A stretch of 36,595 nucleotides of DNA from a virus (lineage: Duplodnaviria; Caudoviricetes). How positions within the stretch are numbered: position 1 is the first letter of the stretch; each line of letters begins with the position of its first letter. Where the stretch lies: positions 1-36,595 of the IMG/VR virus record IMGVR_UViG_3300043908_000639; one strand, given 5' to 3'. The notes under the pieces were generated by a model that had not been told where the DNA came from, did no database searches, and was given only the letters and a program-made list of their open reading frames with translations. The translations under genes were made by a program, and so were the position numbers. Shown one piece after another: positions 8,306 to 16,481 of this stretch.

Positions 8306-10561
8306 TTATGATTGCTCATTCTCATTTACATTTTTCTTTACAGAATCCATATCTACCATTAATTGTTCTTTCATTTTTTGAAACTCAACTTTTAACATAC
8401 CTCTTAGTAGTTTTTGTTGTGCTTCTGTTTCTAGAACATCTTTTCGTATCTCGTTATTCGCATCTCCAACTTTCATTTTAATACCTGCTTGTACTAATTG
8501 ACGTTGAAGTGTTTCTATCGTACCATCTCTTTCTTTTACCATTTCTTGCATTGAGTTTAATTGTGATTGCGCTTGTGCAACCATTGATTTTCTTTCAATA
8601 ATCTTTTCTTTATTTCGTATATCAGTTTCTGCTAACATAGCAACATCATCTATTAATCCAGATTGAAACCATCTAAAGTATTCTTCTAGTAATGCCCATC
8701 TATTTAATGGTAATGTTGCCCCTGCTATAATCCTTACATCGAATCTAGCAGCTGAATAATCTTTATATTTACCGATAGCTTTTCCATAATCATTGTATAG
8801 ATTTACATTTATTCTTACTTCTTTTTCTTGTGAATCGCCACCTTCTGGCTGTACAATTCTAAATACTTTTTCTATAGTGTAATGTTTTTGAGCCATCATC
8901 TTAAATACTCTACCTATATGTTCTAGTGATGGTTCTACAATACTATTCATCCATGCTTTTAATCTTCTAGTACCAAATTCATCGTTTGCAAGTAATCCAC
9001 GATATGTTTCAGCTTGGTCTTGAGAGAATCCCATCATTGCAGATGGTACACCACTTATATACTCTGCATCACTTTTACCTTGTTGAACAACTGTAAAGAA
9101 TGCATTATTTATTGGAGCGGGTTGTATTGGTGTAGGAGGTCTAAATCCTTGTCTATATTTTAACAATGCTCCAGGCGCTGATGAATATTTTTCCCATTCT
9201 TCTTCTGGTACAGAACCTTCTTCATACATCCATCTAAGATTAGAAGATAGATTTGCATTATGTAACATTATCTGATGAGCTTTGTTTATTTCTTGTTGTT
9301 TACCTATTAATGGAGTAACTGCACTCATCGGATATGGAGTTCCTGTATATAAATATGGAATAGGAATAATAGGATATTCACTAATAGGTATTGTTTGCTC
9401 GAATAAAAATGTATCATCTCCTACACTACAAGTTTTTACAATTCTATTTTCATAAAACTCTATAGAATCCACTATATTTTTTGAAAAGTTTTTATCTTGT
9501 TGAAACTCTAAGAATTGTTTTTCAGACATAACCTGTTCTTTAACAATGGTAGCTTCATCTCTAGCCATAGATATAAGTTCCATTTCTCTTTCTTGAATAG
9601 ATGTAATACCCATTTTTTGAGAGTTCTCTATTAACAACTTACCTCTTTCTGGTATAATCTCACCTTCTTGAACTTGTCGTTCTATTTGTAATTGTTTTTC
9701 TATTAATTGAACTTCTACTTCTTGCTTAAAATTTTCTAATTCCTCTTGGACCTGTTCTTTTAACATTAACAATTGAGATTCAGTAGGTTCTATTTTAATA
9801 TATACATTTCGATACTTGAATTTCTTTTTTGCATATGTTTCATAGTATGGAATAATATCATCATCTTCGCCTTCTGTATTTATACCAAACGATAAATCTT
9901 CAGGTTGAGTTGTGTCTGTAAAATTTAAATCTCTTTGAGAGTATGATACTACATCCGTCCCTCTTGTAACCTTTTTTATCTTTGCTTGATACTCTGGTAA
10001 CATATTTATTAATCTAGAACGAGCTATGTTTTTTCTTATTTGTATAAAATTAGCATCTCTAAATAAAAAATCTCTACTGGCAGGGTCTACAAATACATCA
10101 TATGGGTCTATTCTACTAAACTGCACTTCTCCCATTCCCCTATCTGCATCTTTATCTATATCTACAAGAAAGTATCCCAATCCTTTTGTTAGTGAATCTA
10201 GTATTACTTGACTGTATAAAGACTTACCATTTGATAAATACCAACAGTAATCAGCTATATCTGAATGAACTTGTGCAATATCAGCATCATCTCCAGTTAC
10301 TCCAACTGCTTTCCATTTAGGATTATTAGATGTTGCAAAGTATTTCATTATCTCTATAATAGGAGTTATCCTATTTATAGTAAATGAGGGCATACCAGAT
10401 TCTTCTAATGCATGAAGTTCATCTTTAGTCAATTGTTCATTTAAATAGAAATCAAATCCTTTTTGACTACTGGATTGCCACCTCATTCTATTAGTATTAT
10501 TTGCTTTATCCCATATCTGTTTATTTACTTGAGCTTTTGATTTTTTTGTAACTCTAGCCAT
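8306..10561 (-). CDS. Portal protein (P22-like)
   Basis: 751 aa; FY..EQ, P.FTINRITP.I, GLGY, DPYDVFVDP.SRD..F.DA, QQEINK and YISGV..AMMG motifs; C-terminal coiled-coil barrel. Confidence 0.9.
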   Translation of the reverse strand: MARVTKKSKAQVNKQIWDKANNTNRMRWQSSSQKGFDFYLNEQLTKDELHALEESGMPSFTINRITPIIEIMKYFATSNNPKWKAVGVTGDDADIAQVHSDIADYCWYLSNGKSLYSQVILDSLTKGLGYFLVDIDKDADRGMGEVQFSRIDPYDVFVDPASRDFLFRDANFIQIRKNIARSRLINMLPEYQAKIKKVTRGTDVVSYSQRDLNFTDTTQPEDLSFGINTEGEDDDIIPYYETYAKKKFKYRNVYIKIEPTESQLLMLKEQVQEELENFKQEVEVQLIEKQLQIERQVQEGEIIPERGKLLIENSQKMGITSIQEREMELISMARDEATIVKEQVMSEKQFLEFQQDKNFSKNIVDSIEFYENRIVKTCSVGDDTFLFEQTIPISEYPIIPIPYLYTGTPYPMSAVTPLIGKQQEINKAHQIMLHNANLSSNLRWMYEEGSVPEEEWEKYSSAPGALLKYRQGFRPPTPIQPAPINNAFFTVVQQGKSDAEYISGVPSAMMGFSQDQAETYRGLLANDEFGTRRLKAWMNSIVEPSLEHIGRVFKMMAQKHYTIEKVFRIVQPEGGDSQEKEVRINVNLYNDYGKAIGKYKDYSAARFDVRIIAGATLPLNRWALLEEYFRWFQSGLIDDVAMLAETDIRNKEKIIERKSMVAQAQSQLNSMQEMVKERDGTIETLQRQLVQAGIKMKVGDANNEIRKDVLETEAQQKLLRGMLKVEFQKMKEQLMVDMDSVKKNVNENEQS

Positions 10562-11061
10562 TATACTTCCATTGTCCTTCTATACCAACCATATAAAAAC
10601 TTTTCCTGTTCTGGTTTTTTATTTACCAAATCATAATAATATTTCAATCTATAACACCTAACTCTATTTGAAGATGGTGTATATTTTTTTAATGCTCTTT
10701 TACTTGCAGGTCCAAAACCACCATCTACAACTAACTTTCCACCTCTATTATTGATTGCTCTTTGTAGAACTTTTACAGCAGTTTTTCTTCCTTGATTAAC
10801 ACACATATCAAAAAATATATGTCTTAGTTCTTTTGGAAGTTCTTCTACTTTATTTTTATCCCAATAATCTTCTTTATATATTTCTGTGGCGTACTCAACA
10901 GTAAGATTTTTTATATCTAAGTCTGGGTAAAATCTTTTTGTAATACCCATATTTGTTTCTCCACCTAAATCTTTTGGGTCATTAACATATCCACCTTCGT
11001 GCTTTAAAGTAACTTTGATTATATCCTTAAATTCTGTTAATGAACTCATACTACAATCCAA
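10561..11061 (-). CDS. Endolysin, glycoside hydrolase family 108 with a C-terminal peptidoglycan-binding segment
   Basis: HEGGYVNDPKDLGGETNMGIT, FFDMCVNQG, VDGGFGP, QEKFLYGWYRR. True start may be the Met at 11049. Confidence 0.9.
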   Translation of the reverse strand: MDCSMSSLTEFKDIIKVTLKHEGGYVNDPKDLGGETNMGITKRFYPDLDIKNLTVEYATEIYKEDYWDKNKVEELPKELRHIFFDMCVNQGRKTAVKVLQRAINNRGGKLVVDGGFGPASKRALKKYTPSSNRVRCYRLKYYYDLVNKKPEQEKFLYGWYRRTMEV

Positions 11062-11063
11062 CT

Positions 11064-11336
11064 TTATTTTCTTTTTTGTTTTAAACTTCTTAAAATTTCT
11101 TTTTCTGGATTTCTTTTTTTATTAGACCTTCTAATTTCCATAGGTTTAGATTTTAATTTAGATAAAATTTCTCCTTTTTTCTTATAATGAGGAGTACATA
11201 CCTTTGACGCTTCCGAACTACTTAATCCTAATTTTTTTCCTTTAGAAATACATGAAGCTTGATTTGCAACATACTTTATTGGATTTTTCATAAATTTACC
11301 CAACGTTCTTAATTTATCTTTGTCTATCTTTGCCAT
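11064..11336 (-). CDS. Small, very basic hypothetical protein
   Basis: 90 aa, K/R-rich; AAGGA RBS. Confidence 0.7.
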   Translation of the reverse strand: MAKIDKDKLRTLGKFMKNPIKYVANQASCISKGKKLGLSSSEASKVCTPHYKKKGEILSKLKSKPMEIRRSNKKRNPEKEILRSLKQKRK

Positions 11337-11349
11337 TTAAATTTTCCTT

Positions 11350-12918
11350 TTATGCAACTAACCAACTTTTTGCTTTTTTCTTACGTTTAAACCAACTTTT
11401 TTTATTATCATCTTTTTTCATACTAGGTGGAAAAGAGTGAATTTGTGAGTAATAAAGGCTCTCAATTGTATCATCGTGAGCCATTTTAGGGCCGAAAGTA
11501 AGAATTTCGTTAATTAAATCAAACATATTTTTCCTTAAATGCACAGTTCCTGTACTAAAACGTGCCGAAAGTCCAGAATATATGCGATTTCTCTTTTGTG
11601 TCCCACCGGGTTTTTCTGGTATAACTGCAATGTCAAACTTATTTAGTCTTCTTCTTTCATCATTCAATGCTTGAAATATACTTCTGTTCATTGCAACGTC
11701 TTCAACTGTAGAAGATACACAATTGTATTTTTGATGTAGTTCTAGTATAATATCAACTACTCCTTTCTTACCAAGTATCTCTCCTGTCTCTGGATTCTTA
11801 GAACCAATAGTAGGAACACTTCTATGTCTCTCATATTCTAAAACATATAATTCATTGTTTACATCAATAGCTATTACAGTAATAACTGAAAAGTCACTAT
11901 GCTTTGTATCAATATCTGTAGCGGGGTCACATCCTATAAATGTATTTACTGGTATATCTTTCCCATCTTTTACAATATAATTAATCCCATCTTCATATTT
12001 ATAGTATCCTTCCCAATATTGTATGTGTTCTCTTCTCCATATCGCATCTTCTTCAGATTGTACTTCCATCATATATTCTTGATAAAACTTTTGAGGTTGT
12101 CCAGAATCTGCGTAAAACTTTTTCTTTTCTTTTATTTTAGATAATGGAAAGAATGATTCCCATAATGGTGTATCTCCATCTATAAGAGCTTTATATGTAA
12201 TAACTTTCCAAGCAAACTTTTTACCATCCTTTGTTGCTTTTGAATAATTATTGATAAGATTGTTAATAAAAGAATCATAGTGAACTGGAGTACCATTTAC
12301 CCTCAATCTACCAGTGTGAGGTTCAATAGCAGGATATACAACTGCTGTAACTAAGTTTGCATTTTTATCTCTTGCTTCTTTTGTAATCGTATTTGCTTCA
12401 TGTTCAAAGTCATCCAATACAATAAGGTCATATCTTTTATGTAATTTTGCACCTCCACGAATACCTGCTACATTTGATTTGCTAATTAATTTACATCCAT
12501 TTGATAATTCTATATCTTCTTCTGTCCACTTTCTGCCTTTCATAGGTCCAAAGTAATATTTAATCATATCGTTAAACTCAAGATGGTGTTTAATATAATC
12601 CATATTACCCACACTAAGTTTCTGAGTAGCGGATACCCATGCATAAAATAGAAAGTTTTCCTTTGTAGCAAATACAAAGTCTTTTATAATAGATGCTTTT
12701 GTAAGAACTGTTTTACCATGACCTCTAGGAACAATGACAGCAGTTTGTTTTATATTTTTATCATCAATAGCATCTGATATTTCATAATGAAAGAATGGAG
12801 TTTCTGACCGCATAAAGTCATCTGGAAGAAATAACTTACCAAATGATATAAGGTCTTTATATGCTAATTGTAATGTTTCTTCAGCTTTACTTATGTTCTG
12901 ACTGTTTATATTTGCCAT
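11350..12918 (-). CDS. terL: Terminase large subunit
   Basis: Walker A VPRGHGKT, Walker B LIVLDDFE, GTP coupling motif, FYQEYMM, nuclease IGCDPA and HDDTIES. Confidence 0.95.
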   Translation of the reverse strand: MANINSQNISKAEETLQLAYKDLISFGKLFLPDDFMRSETPFFHYEISDAIDDKNIKQTAVIVPRGHGKTVLTKASIIKDFVFATKENFLFYAWVSATQKLSVGNMDYIKHHLEFNDMIKYYFGPMKGRKWTEEDIELSNGCKLISKSNVAGIRGGAKLHKRYDLIVLDDFEHEANTITKEARDKNANLVTAVVYPAIEPHTGRLRVNGTPVHYDSFINNLINNYSKATKDGKKFAWKVITYKALIDGDTPLWESFFPLSKIKEKKKFYADSGQPQKFYQEYMMEVQSEEDAIWRREHIQYWEGYYKYEDGINYIVKDGKDIPVNTFIGCDPATDIDTKHSDFSVITVIAIDVNNELYVLEYERHRSVPTIGSKNPETGEILGKKGVVDIILELHQKYNCVSSTVEDVAMNRSIFQALNDERRRLNKFDIAVIPEKPGGTQKRNRIYSGLSARFSTGTVHLRKNMFDLINEILTFGPKMAHDDTIESLYYSQIHSFPPSMKKDDNKKSWFKRKKKAKSWLVA

Positions 12919-13081
12919 CTAAATATTTATTAAACTTTTTTTCAAGTTTTTGCATATCAATAAAATCATTAAATAATGTTTCTGTTATTCTAAGTCTTTC
13001 TGTAACAAATTGCAATTGACTATATATACTTTGAATAGAACGTCTCATATCATGTTTTGTTATTGAGTTTTTCTTTTTCAT
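12887..13081 (-). CDS. Hypothetical protein
   Basis: 64 aa; GGAG RBS; ATGA coupling with the upstream gene. Confidence 0.6.
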   Translation of the reverse strand: MKKKNSITKHDMRRSIQSIYSQLQFVTERLRITETLFNDFIDMQKLEKKFNKYLDGKYKQSEHK

Positions 13082-13269
13082 GTCTCTCCCATTTTTTCTG
13101 GAATTTCTAACATATCTATAATTTTTTGTATTCTTAATATATTGTAATATGTTTTAGATGTCATATTATATAAAATATACTCACTTCTTATTTTGTTATT
13201 TAATTTTTTTAATAGTTTAATTGCTTCGTCTAATTCTAAATCATCTGGAATATTATTTAGTTGATTCAT
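13078..13269 (-). CDS. Hypothetical protein
   Basis: 63 aa; AAGGA RBS; overlaps its neighbours in operon fashion. Confidence 0.6.
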   Translation of the reverse strand: MNQLNNIPDDLELDEAIKLLKKLNNKIRSEYILYNMTSKTYYNILRIQKIIDMLEIPEKMGET

Positions 13270-14317
13270 ATTCTTTCCTTAAATATTTTAAATATTCAGC
13301 TCCTTTTTCTGGATTAAATATTGTAGTTATTAATCTACTATCATCGTCATCATATCTAGGGTCTATAATTGTAACAGGACAATTAAATATATTTTTATCG
13401 TCTAATCCTAATTTATCTGCATAACTATCCATAATCTTAAAACTTGCAACTTGCAATGCATGACTAATTGTTCCATTTGCTGGATTTTTAACTACTTGGT
13501 ATCCAGAAACATGAGTGTGTCCACAAGTAAGAATATTGTCTGCCCAACCTGTCTGAGCAGCTCTTGCAACTCCATGAGCAGTATTCCAAATACTGTTGCC
13601 TTTAAATGTATGCCTAGCATTGATAGTTATTGTTTTTCCGTTTGGAAATTTTAATTGCATTCTAGCTCCCCACTTTTCATAAAGTCCTTTGTGGTCTCTC
13701 ATAATAAAATCTAATGGGTCTCCATCACCAGACCATACATCGTGATTACCTGCTACTAGATATAACCAATCAAGTTTATTAACAAAGTATTCTGTAAGTC
13801 TCCAAGATTCTTTTGCAGATGTAGATTGTTGTCCATATAAATATGATAATCTTCCTATCCAATTGTTTTGTATATCGCCAAGATTACCAGCAAACATTCC
13901 TTTTGTATTATTTATAATACTCATATAATGAAGTATCTGGGATATATCAGTGCCATCATCATCTACATGAGGGTCTCCGAAATGTGCAATACCTATGGGA
14001 CCATCTACATTTATATCAATACCAACTAGTTTTTTACTCTTTTTAGATATTGCTTTTTGTTTGTATTGTTTTTTTCTATGTTCAATTAACTCGTCTATTG
14101 GTATGTGGTCGGGGTCAACGTCATGTACTTTAAATTCATTTTCTTCTATAATAGTAGGAGCTACTGTTTTTCTACCGCAAGCAGTGCATTTCCATTGTTG
14201 TTTTTTATGACTTGCTCTATAAAGAAATCCACTTTTATGTATAGACCTTGAACCACAATGAGGACATCCTATAATATTGCCATCCGCATCTTTTCTTATA
14301 TCATCCCCTATACTCAT
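13253..14317 (-). CDS. Calcineurin-like metallophosphoesterase with an N-terminal zinc ribbon
   Basis: CPHC...CTAC ribbon; GDPH, GDIQN, GNHD, RH and GHTH metal-binding motifs. Confidence 0.88.
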   Translation of the reverse strand: MSIGDDIRKDADGNIIGCPHCGSRSIHKSGFLYRASHKKQQWKCTACGRKTVAPTIIEENEFKVHDVDPDHIPIDELIEHRKKQYKQKAISKKSKKLVGIDINVDGPIGIAHFGDPHVDDDGTDISQILHYMSIINNTKGMFAGNLGDIQNNWIGRLSYLYGQQSTSAKESWRLTEYFVNKLDWLYLVAGNHDVWSGDGDPLDFIMRDHKGLYEKWGARMQLKFPNGKTITINARHTFKGNSIWNTAHGVARAAQTGWADNILTCGHTHVSGYQVVKNPANGTISHALQVASFKIMDSYADKLGLDDKNIFNCPVTIIDPRYDDDDSRLITTIFNPEKGAEYLKYLRKEYESTK

Positions 14318-14332
14318 CGCACCCCCTTACAA

Positions 14333-15094
14333 TTATTCTATTTCTTTTACTCTTTTAGCACCTTCTAATTGTTCTTGTGAAAAACCTTGAAACATTCCAA
14401 GCAATCCAACTTCTTTTTGTTTTATATTATTATTAGATGTTCCAACTATCTTACCAAGTTCTTTTGTTGATTGTAATATAATGTTATCATCTTCACTATA
14501 ATCAGCAAGATGTTTTAGTTTACTTAATATATATTCGTGGTCTATACCCATTCCTTTTGCAACATCAAGTACAGACTTTTGTATTTCTTCCATTACTCTT
14601 TCCTGTTTTAATAATACAGTTGCTTTTTTTCGTGCTTTTTGGTTAGACTCTTCTTTATATACATTCTTATAAGCCTCTATCGCTCCCATACCTACAACAA
14701 CATTAGTAGCAAATTGTTTTTCTTTGTTAGTGATTTTAGTTCTTTTGTGTACTCTTTCGGAAGTATTTTTTATTTTAGTAGAAAATGTGTATCTATTAGG
14801 GTGATTGCTAAAATCTGTATCCATTTTTGTAGATTCTTTATTTATAAAACTACCTACAATAGTACGAACCCACCCTTTTGCATAATTATAATTTTTAGTA
14901 TCTCCATGATGATTTACACCATTTTTTACTTTTAACAATTGTACTATTCTATCATCATCACTATAGACCCAATCACCTTCGTTAGCTTTTCGCCAATCTG
15001 GATGTACTATAGTATTAGGGTGTGATTGTTTAAACTCGTCTATATCTTCGTAAACAAAATGTTCTACGTTTTTAATTTTTCTTTTTTCTGCCAT
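14333..15094 (-). CDS. terS: Terminase small subunit with an N-terminal extension
   Basis: TNKEKQFA...AIEAYKNVY...ARKKATVLLKQERVMEEI HTH pattern followed by oligomerisation helices; upstream of terL. Confidence 0.7.
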   Translation of the reverse strand: MAEKRKIKNVEHFVYEDIDEFKQSHPNTIVHPDWRKANEGDWVYSDDDRIVQLLKVKNGVNHHGDTKNYNYAKGWVRTIVGSFINKESTKMDTDFSNHPNRYTFSTKIKNTSERVHKRTKITNKEKQFATNVVVGMGAIEAYKNVYKEESNQKARKKATVLLKQERVMEEIQKSVLDVAKGMGIDHEYILSKLKHLADYSEDDNIILQSTKELGKIVGTSNNNIKQKEVGLLGMFQGFSQEQLEGAKRVKEIE

Positions 15095-15282
15095 TCAATA
15101 TTGTTTTTTGTTAATAATACTACTTGTCTAGATAAGTTATCAATTAACTCACCTACTTCTTTTTGTACAAAAAATACTTTCTCATCTATCTCTACAGGAA
15201 CAATATTTTTAGATAATCCATTTAATATTAGTTCTTGTTCTTCTAAACTAAGGTCTGCTAGGTGTTCTAATAAATCTGCCAT
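15064..15282 (-). CDS. Hypothetical protein, first gene of the leftward operon
   Basis: 72 aa acidic ORF downstream of a predicted promoter. Confidence 0.6.
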   Translation of the reverse strand: MADLLEHLADLSLEEQELILNGLSKNIVPVEIDEKVFFVQKEVGELIDNLSRQVVLLTKNNIEWQKKEKLKT

Positions 15283-15320
15283 TTTTATACATTTATTTTA
15301 TCCCGACCCAACCACCCATT

Positions 15321-15349
15321 AAGTTAACTTATTATGCAAACATTTGCAA
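15321..15349 (-). promoter_or_regulatory. sigma70-type promoter of the packaging/virion operon, overlapped by palindromes
   Basis: Minus strand TTGCAA-17 nt-TAACTT; palindromes AAGTTAACTT (15321-15330) and TGCAAA-CA-TTTGCA (15335-15348). Confidence 0.6.
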
Positions 15350-15416
15350 TAGCTACCCCAGTTATTTTATAGAAAAATTGTAGGATTTTGATATGTAACC
15401 TTTTTCCCATTATATA

Positions 15417-15485
15417 CCCCCTATATGGGGGATTTACTAAATAACTTTTCAGTTATTTTCTATTTTGATTATTACTTTTATAATC
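15417..15485. repeat. Three tandem inverted repeats at the transcription divergence point
   Basis: CCCCC-TATAT-GGGGG (15417-15431), AAATAACT-TTTC-AGTTATTT (15439-15458), GATTAT-N7-ATAATC (15467-15485). Confidence 0.7.
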
Positions 15486-15518
15486 TAATTAACAGTCAAT
15501 TTCATAAAGGAGAATATT

Positions 15519-15788
15519 ATGAAGATAGATATACTTACATCATTCGATGACTACAAGCAACAAGCTAAGAGCTTAAAGAGTGTTGCTTTTGCTAGGTACA
15601 AGAATGCTAGTATCCGTAGAGAATGGGATGCATTTACTAAGCAGTCTCATAAGAGTAAGAATGACATCAAGAGAGAACTTCAGCAAGACTTGGAGTTTCT
15701 TAATCAACTGTGTATGTCAGACGGGCATCCTTCTATGTTTAAACAAGAAGAAGATGTTGTTATACCTGATTTGTCTTGGGAAGAGTAG
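15519..15788 (+). CDS. Hypothetical protein, first gene of the rightward arm
   Basis: 89 aa; AAGGAG RBS; followed by an intrinsic terminator. Confidence 0.8.
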   Translation: MKIDILTSFDDYKQQAKSLKSVAFARYKNASIRREWDAFTKQSHKSKNDIKRELQQDLEFLNQLCMSDGHPSMFKQEEDVVIPDLSWEE

Positions 15789-15810
15789 GCTTTATGCCTA
15801 CTTTTTCTTT
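15784..15810 (+). terminator. Rho-independent terminator
   Basis: AGTAGGC-TTTAT-GCCTACT followed by TTTTCTTT. Confidence 0.8.
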
Positions 15811-15955
15811 AACACATTACACCTTAACTGTGTGATATAAAGTGTCAATATACTTAAGTGTTGTAAGAATGTAAGCGCATCTAACAAACATACAGAACAG
15901 AGATATTAACTTCCATTTTTACGATAACTTGGGTATAAACTTATAGGAGTATTAA

Positions 15956-16072
15956 ATGTTAAGATTTGTTAATTTCATCCATGACTTAACAGTTGTGGTA
16001 TTGTGTAGTTTCCTTTTCACATCTGTAGTTGTAGGAGCTGCCACAGTTATATTTGTACTAGCTGTTGGATAA
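15956..16072 (+). CDS. 38-aa hydrophobic membrane peptide
   Basis: Not in the track. AGGAG RBS; MLRFVNFIHDLTVVVLCSFLFTSVVVGAATVIFVLAVG. Confidence 0.65.
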   Translation: MLRFVNFIHDLTVVVLCSFLFTSVVVGAATVIFVLAVG

Positions 16073-16081
16073 AAGAACTAT

Positions 16082-16167
16082 AGGCACTGTTCACTTTCTT
16101 ATACCCACAACTCACGATAAAAAACACAGTATACAGAAAAGGACTCCGCATCCTTAGAGCAGTGCCT
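16082..16167 (+). ncRNA. Structured RNA module 1 (3-way junction)
   Basis: Closing stem AGGCACTGTTC/GAGCAGTGCCT (11 bp, 1 G-U); inner TTTCT-TATAC/GTATA-C-AGAAA and AAGGA/TCCTT stems. Confidence 0.55.
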
Positions 16168-16174
16168 TATTATT

Positions 16175-16237
16175 AAGAAAGAGTAGCACTAAGTCACGTG
16201 GATATGTAGTGTGGAAAAGGTCAGACCTCTCTTTCTT
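16175..16237 (+). ncRNA. Structured RNA module 2 (3-way junction)
   Basis: Closing stem AAGAAAGAG/CTCTTTCTT; inner GCACTA/TAGTGT and AGGT-CAG-ACCT. Confidence 0.5.
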
Positions 16238-16245
16238 TAATTTAT

Positions 16246-16322
16246 TTGCCTATCTAACGCAACAGTCTTTACTCCATTTGATTGTGGCTCCGTTACTATC
16301 CGTTGGAGTCGGATGTAGGCAA
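16246..16322 (+). ncRNA. Structured RNA module 3 (3-way junction with complementary loops)
   Basis: TTGCCTAT/GTAGGCAA; TAACG/CGTTA plus ACAGTC/GATTGT; ATCCG/CGGAT; loop segments ACTCCA and TGGAGT are complementary. Confidence 0.6.
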
Positions 16323-16328
16323 CAATTT

Positions 16329-16395
16329 TATGTATTATCTTAGTGCTGGCTTTACCGCTCAATAGAAGTGAATTAAATATCCAGTGATATACATA
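16329..16395 (+). ncRNA. Structured RNA module 4 (bulged hairpin)
   Basis: TATGTAT-T-ATC/GATATACATA, CTGG/CCAG, TTTA/TAAA, CGCT/AGTG. Confidence 0.4.
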
Positions 16396-16398
16396 TAA

Positions 16399-16472
16399 GA
16401 GAACAGGTGTTAGCAGAATACGCAACAAGCCATTAAGTGGATAACTCCGAAAGGGTAATCTGTCCTGTTCTC
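16399..16472 (+). ncRNA. Structured RNA module 5 (multi-stem, GNRA loop)
   Basis: Perfect 9-bp GAGAACAGG/CCTGTTCTC; inner CCAT-TAA-GTGG and CC-GAAA-GG. Confidence 0.55.
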
Positions 16473-16481
16473 AAAATATTA

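Noticed and set aside
14150-14270. IS1-like zinc ribbon as a transposase remnant
   Set aside because: Fused in frame to an intact phosphoesterase; no DDE domain or terminal repeats.
130-15322. Plus-strand ORFs opposite the structural genes (e.g. 130-396, 1782-1994, 5412-5810, 14639-14935)
   Set aside because: Antisense shadows of well-supported genes, with no RBS and atypical composition.
15991-16131. 8-nt complementarities between the module 1 loop and the upstream peptide mRNA
   Set aside because: Matches of this length are expected by chance, and the two segments are not in antiparallel order.
16082-16322. 3-way junctions as hammerhead ribozymes
   Set aside because: GAAA is present but the CUGANGA core is absent.
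16399-16472. 74-nt multi-stem unit as a tRNA
   Set aside because: No T-loop TTCRA, no D-loop GG in position, no 7-nt anticodon loop and no CCA; the terminal stem is 9 bp.
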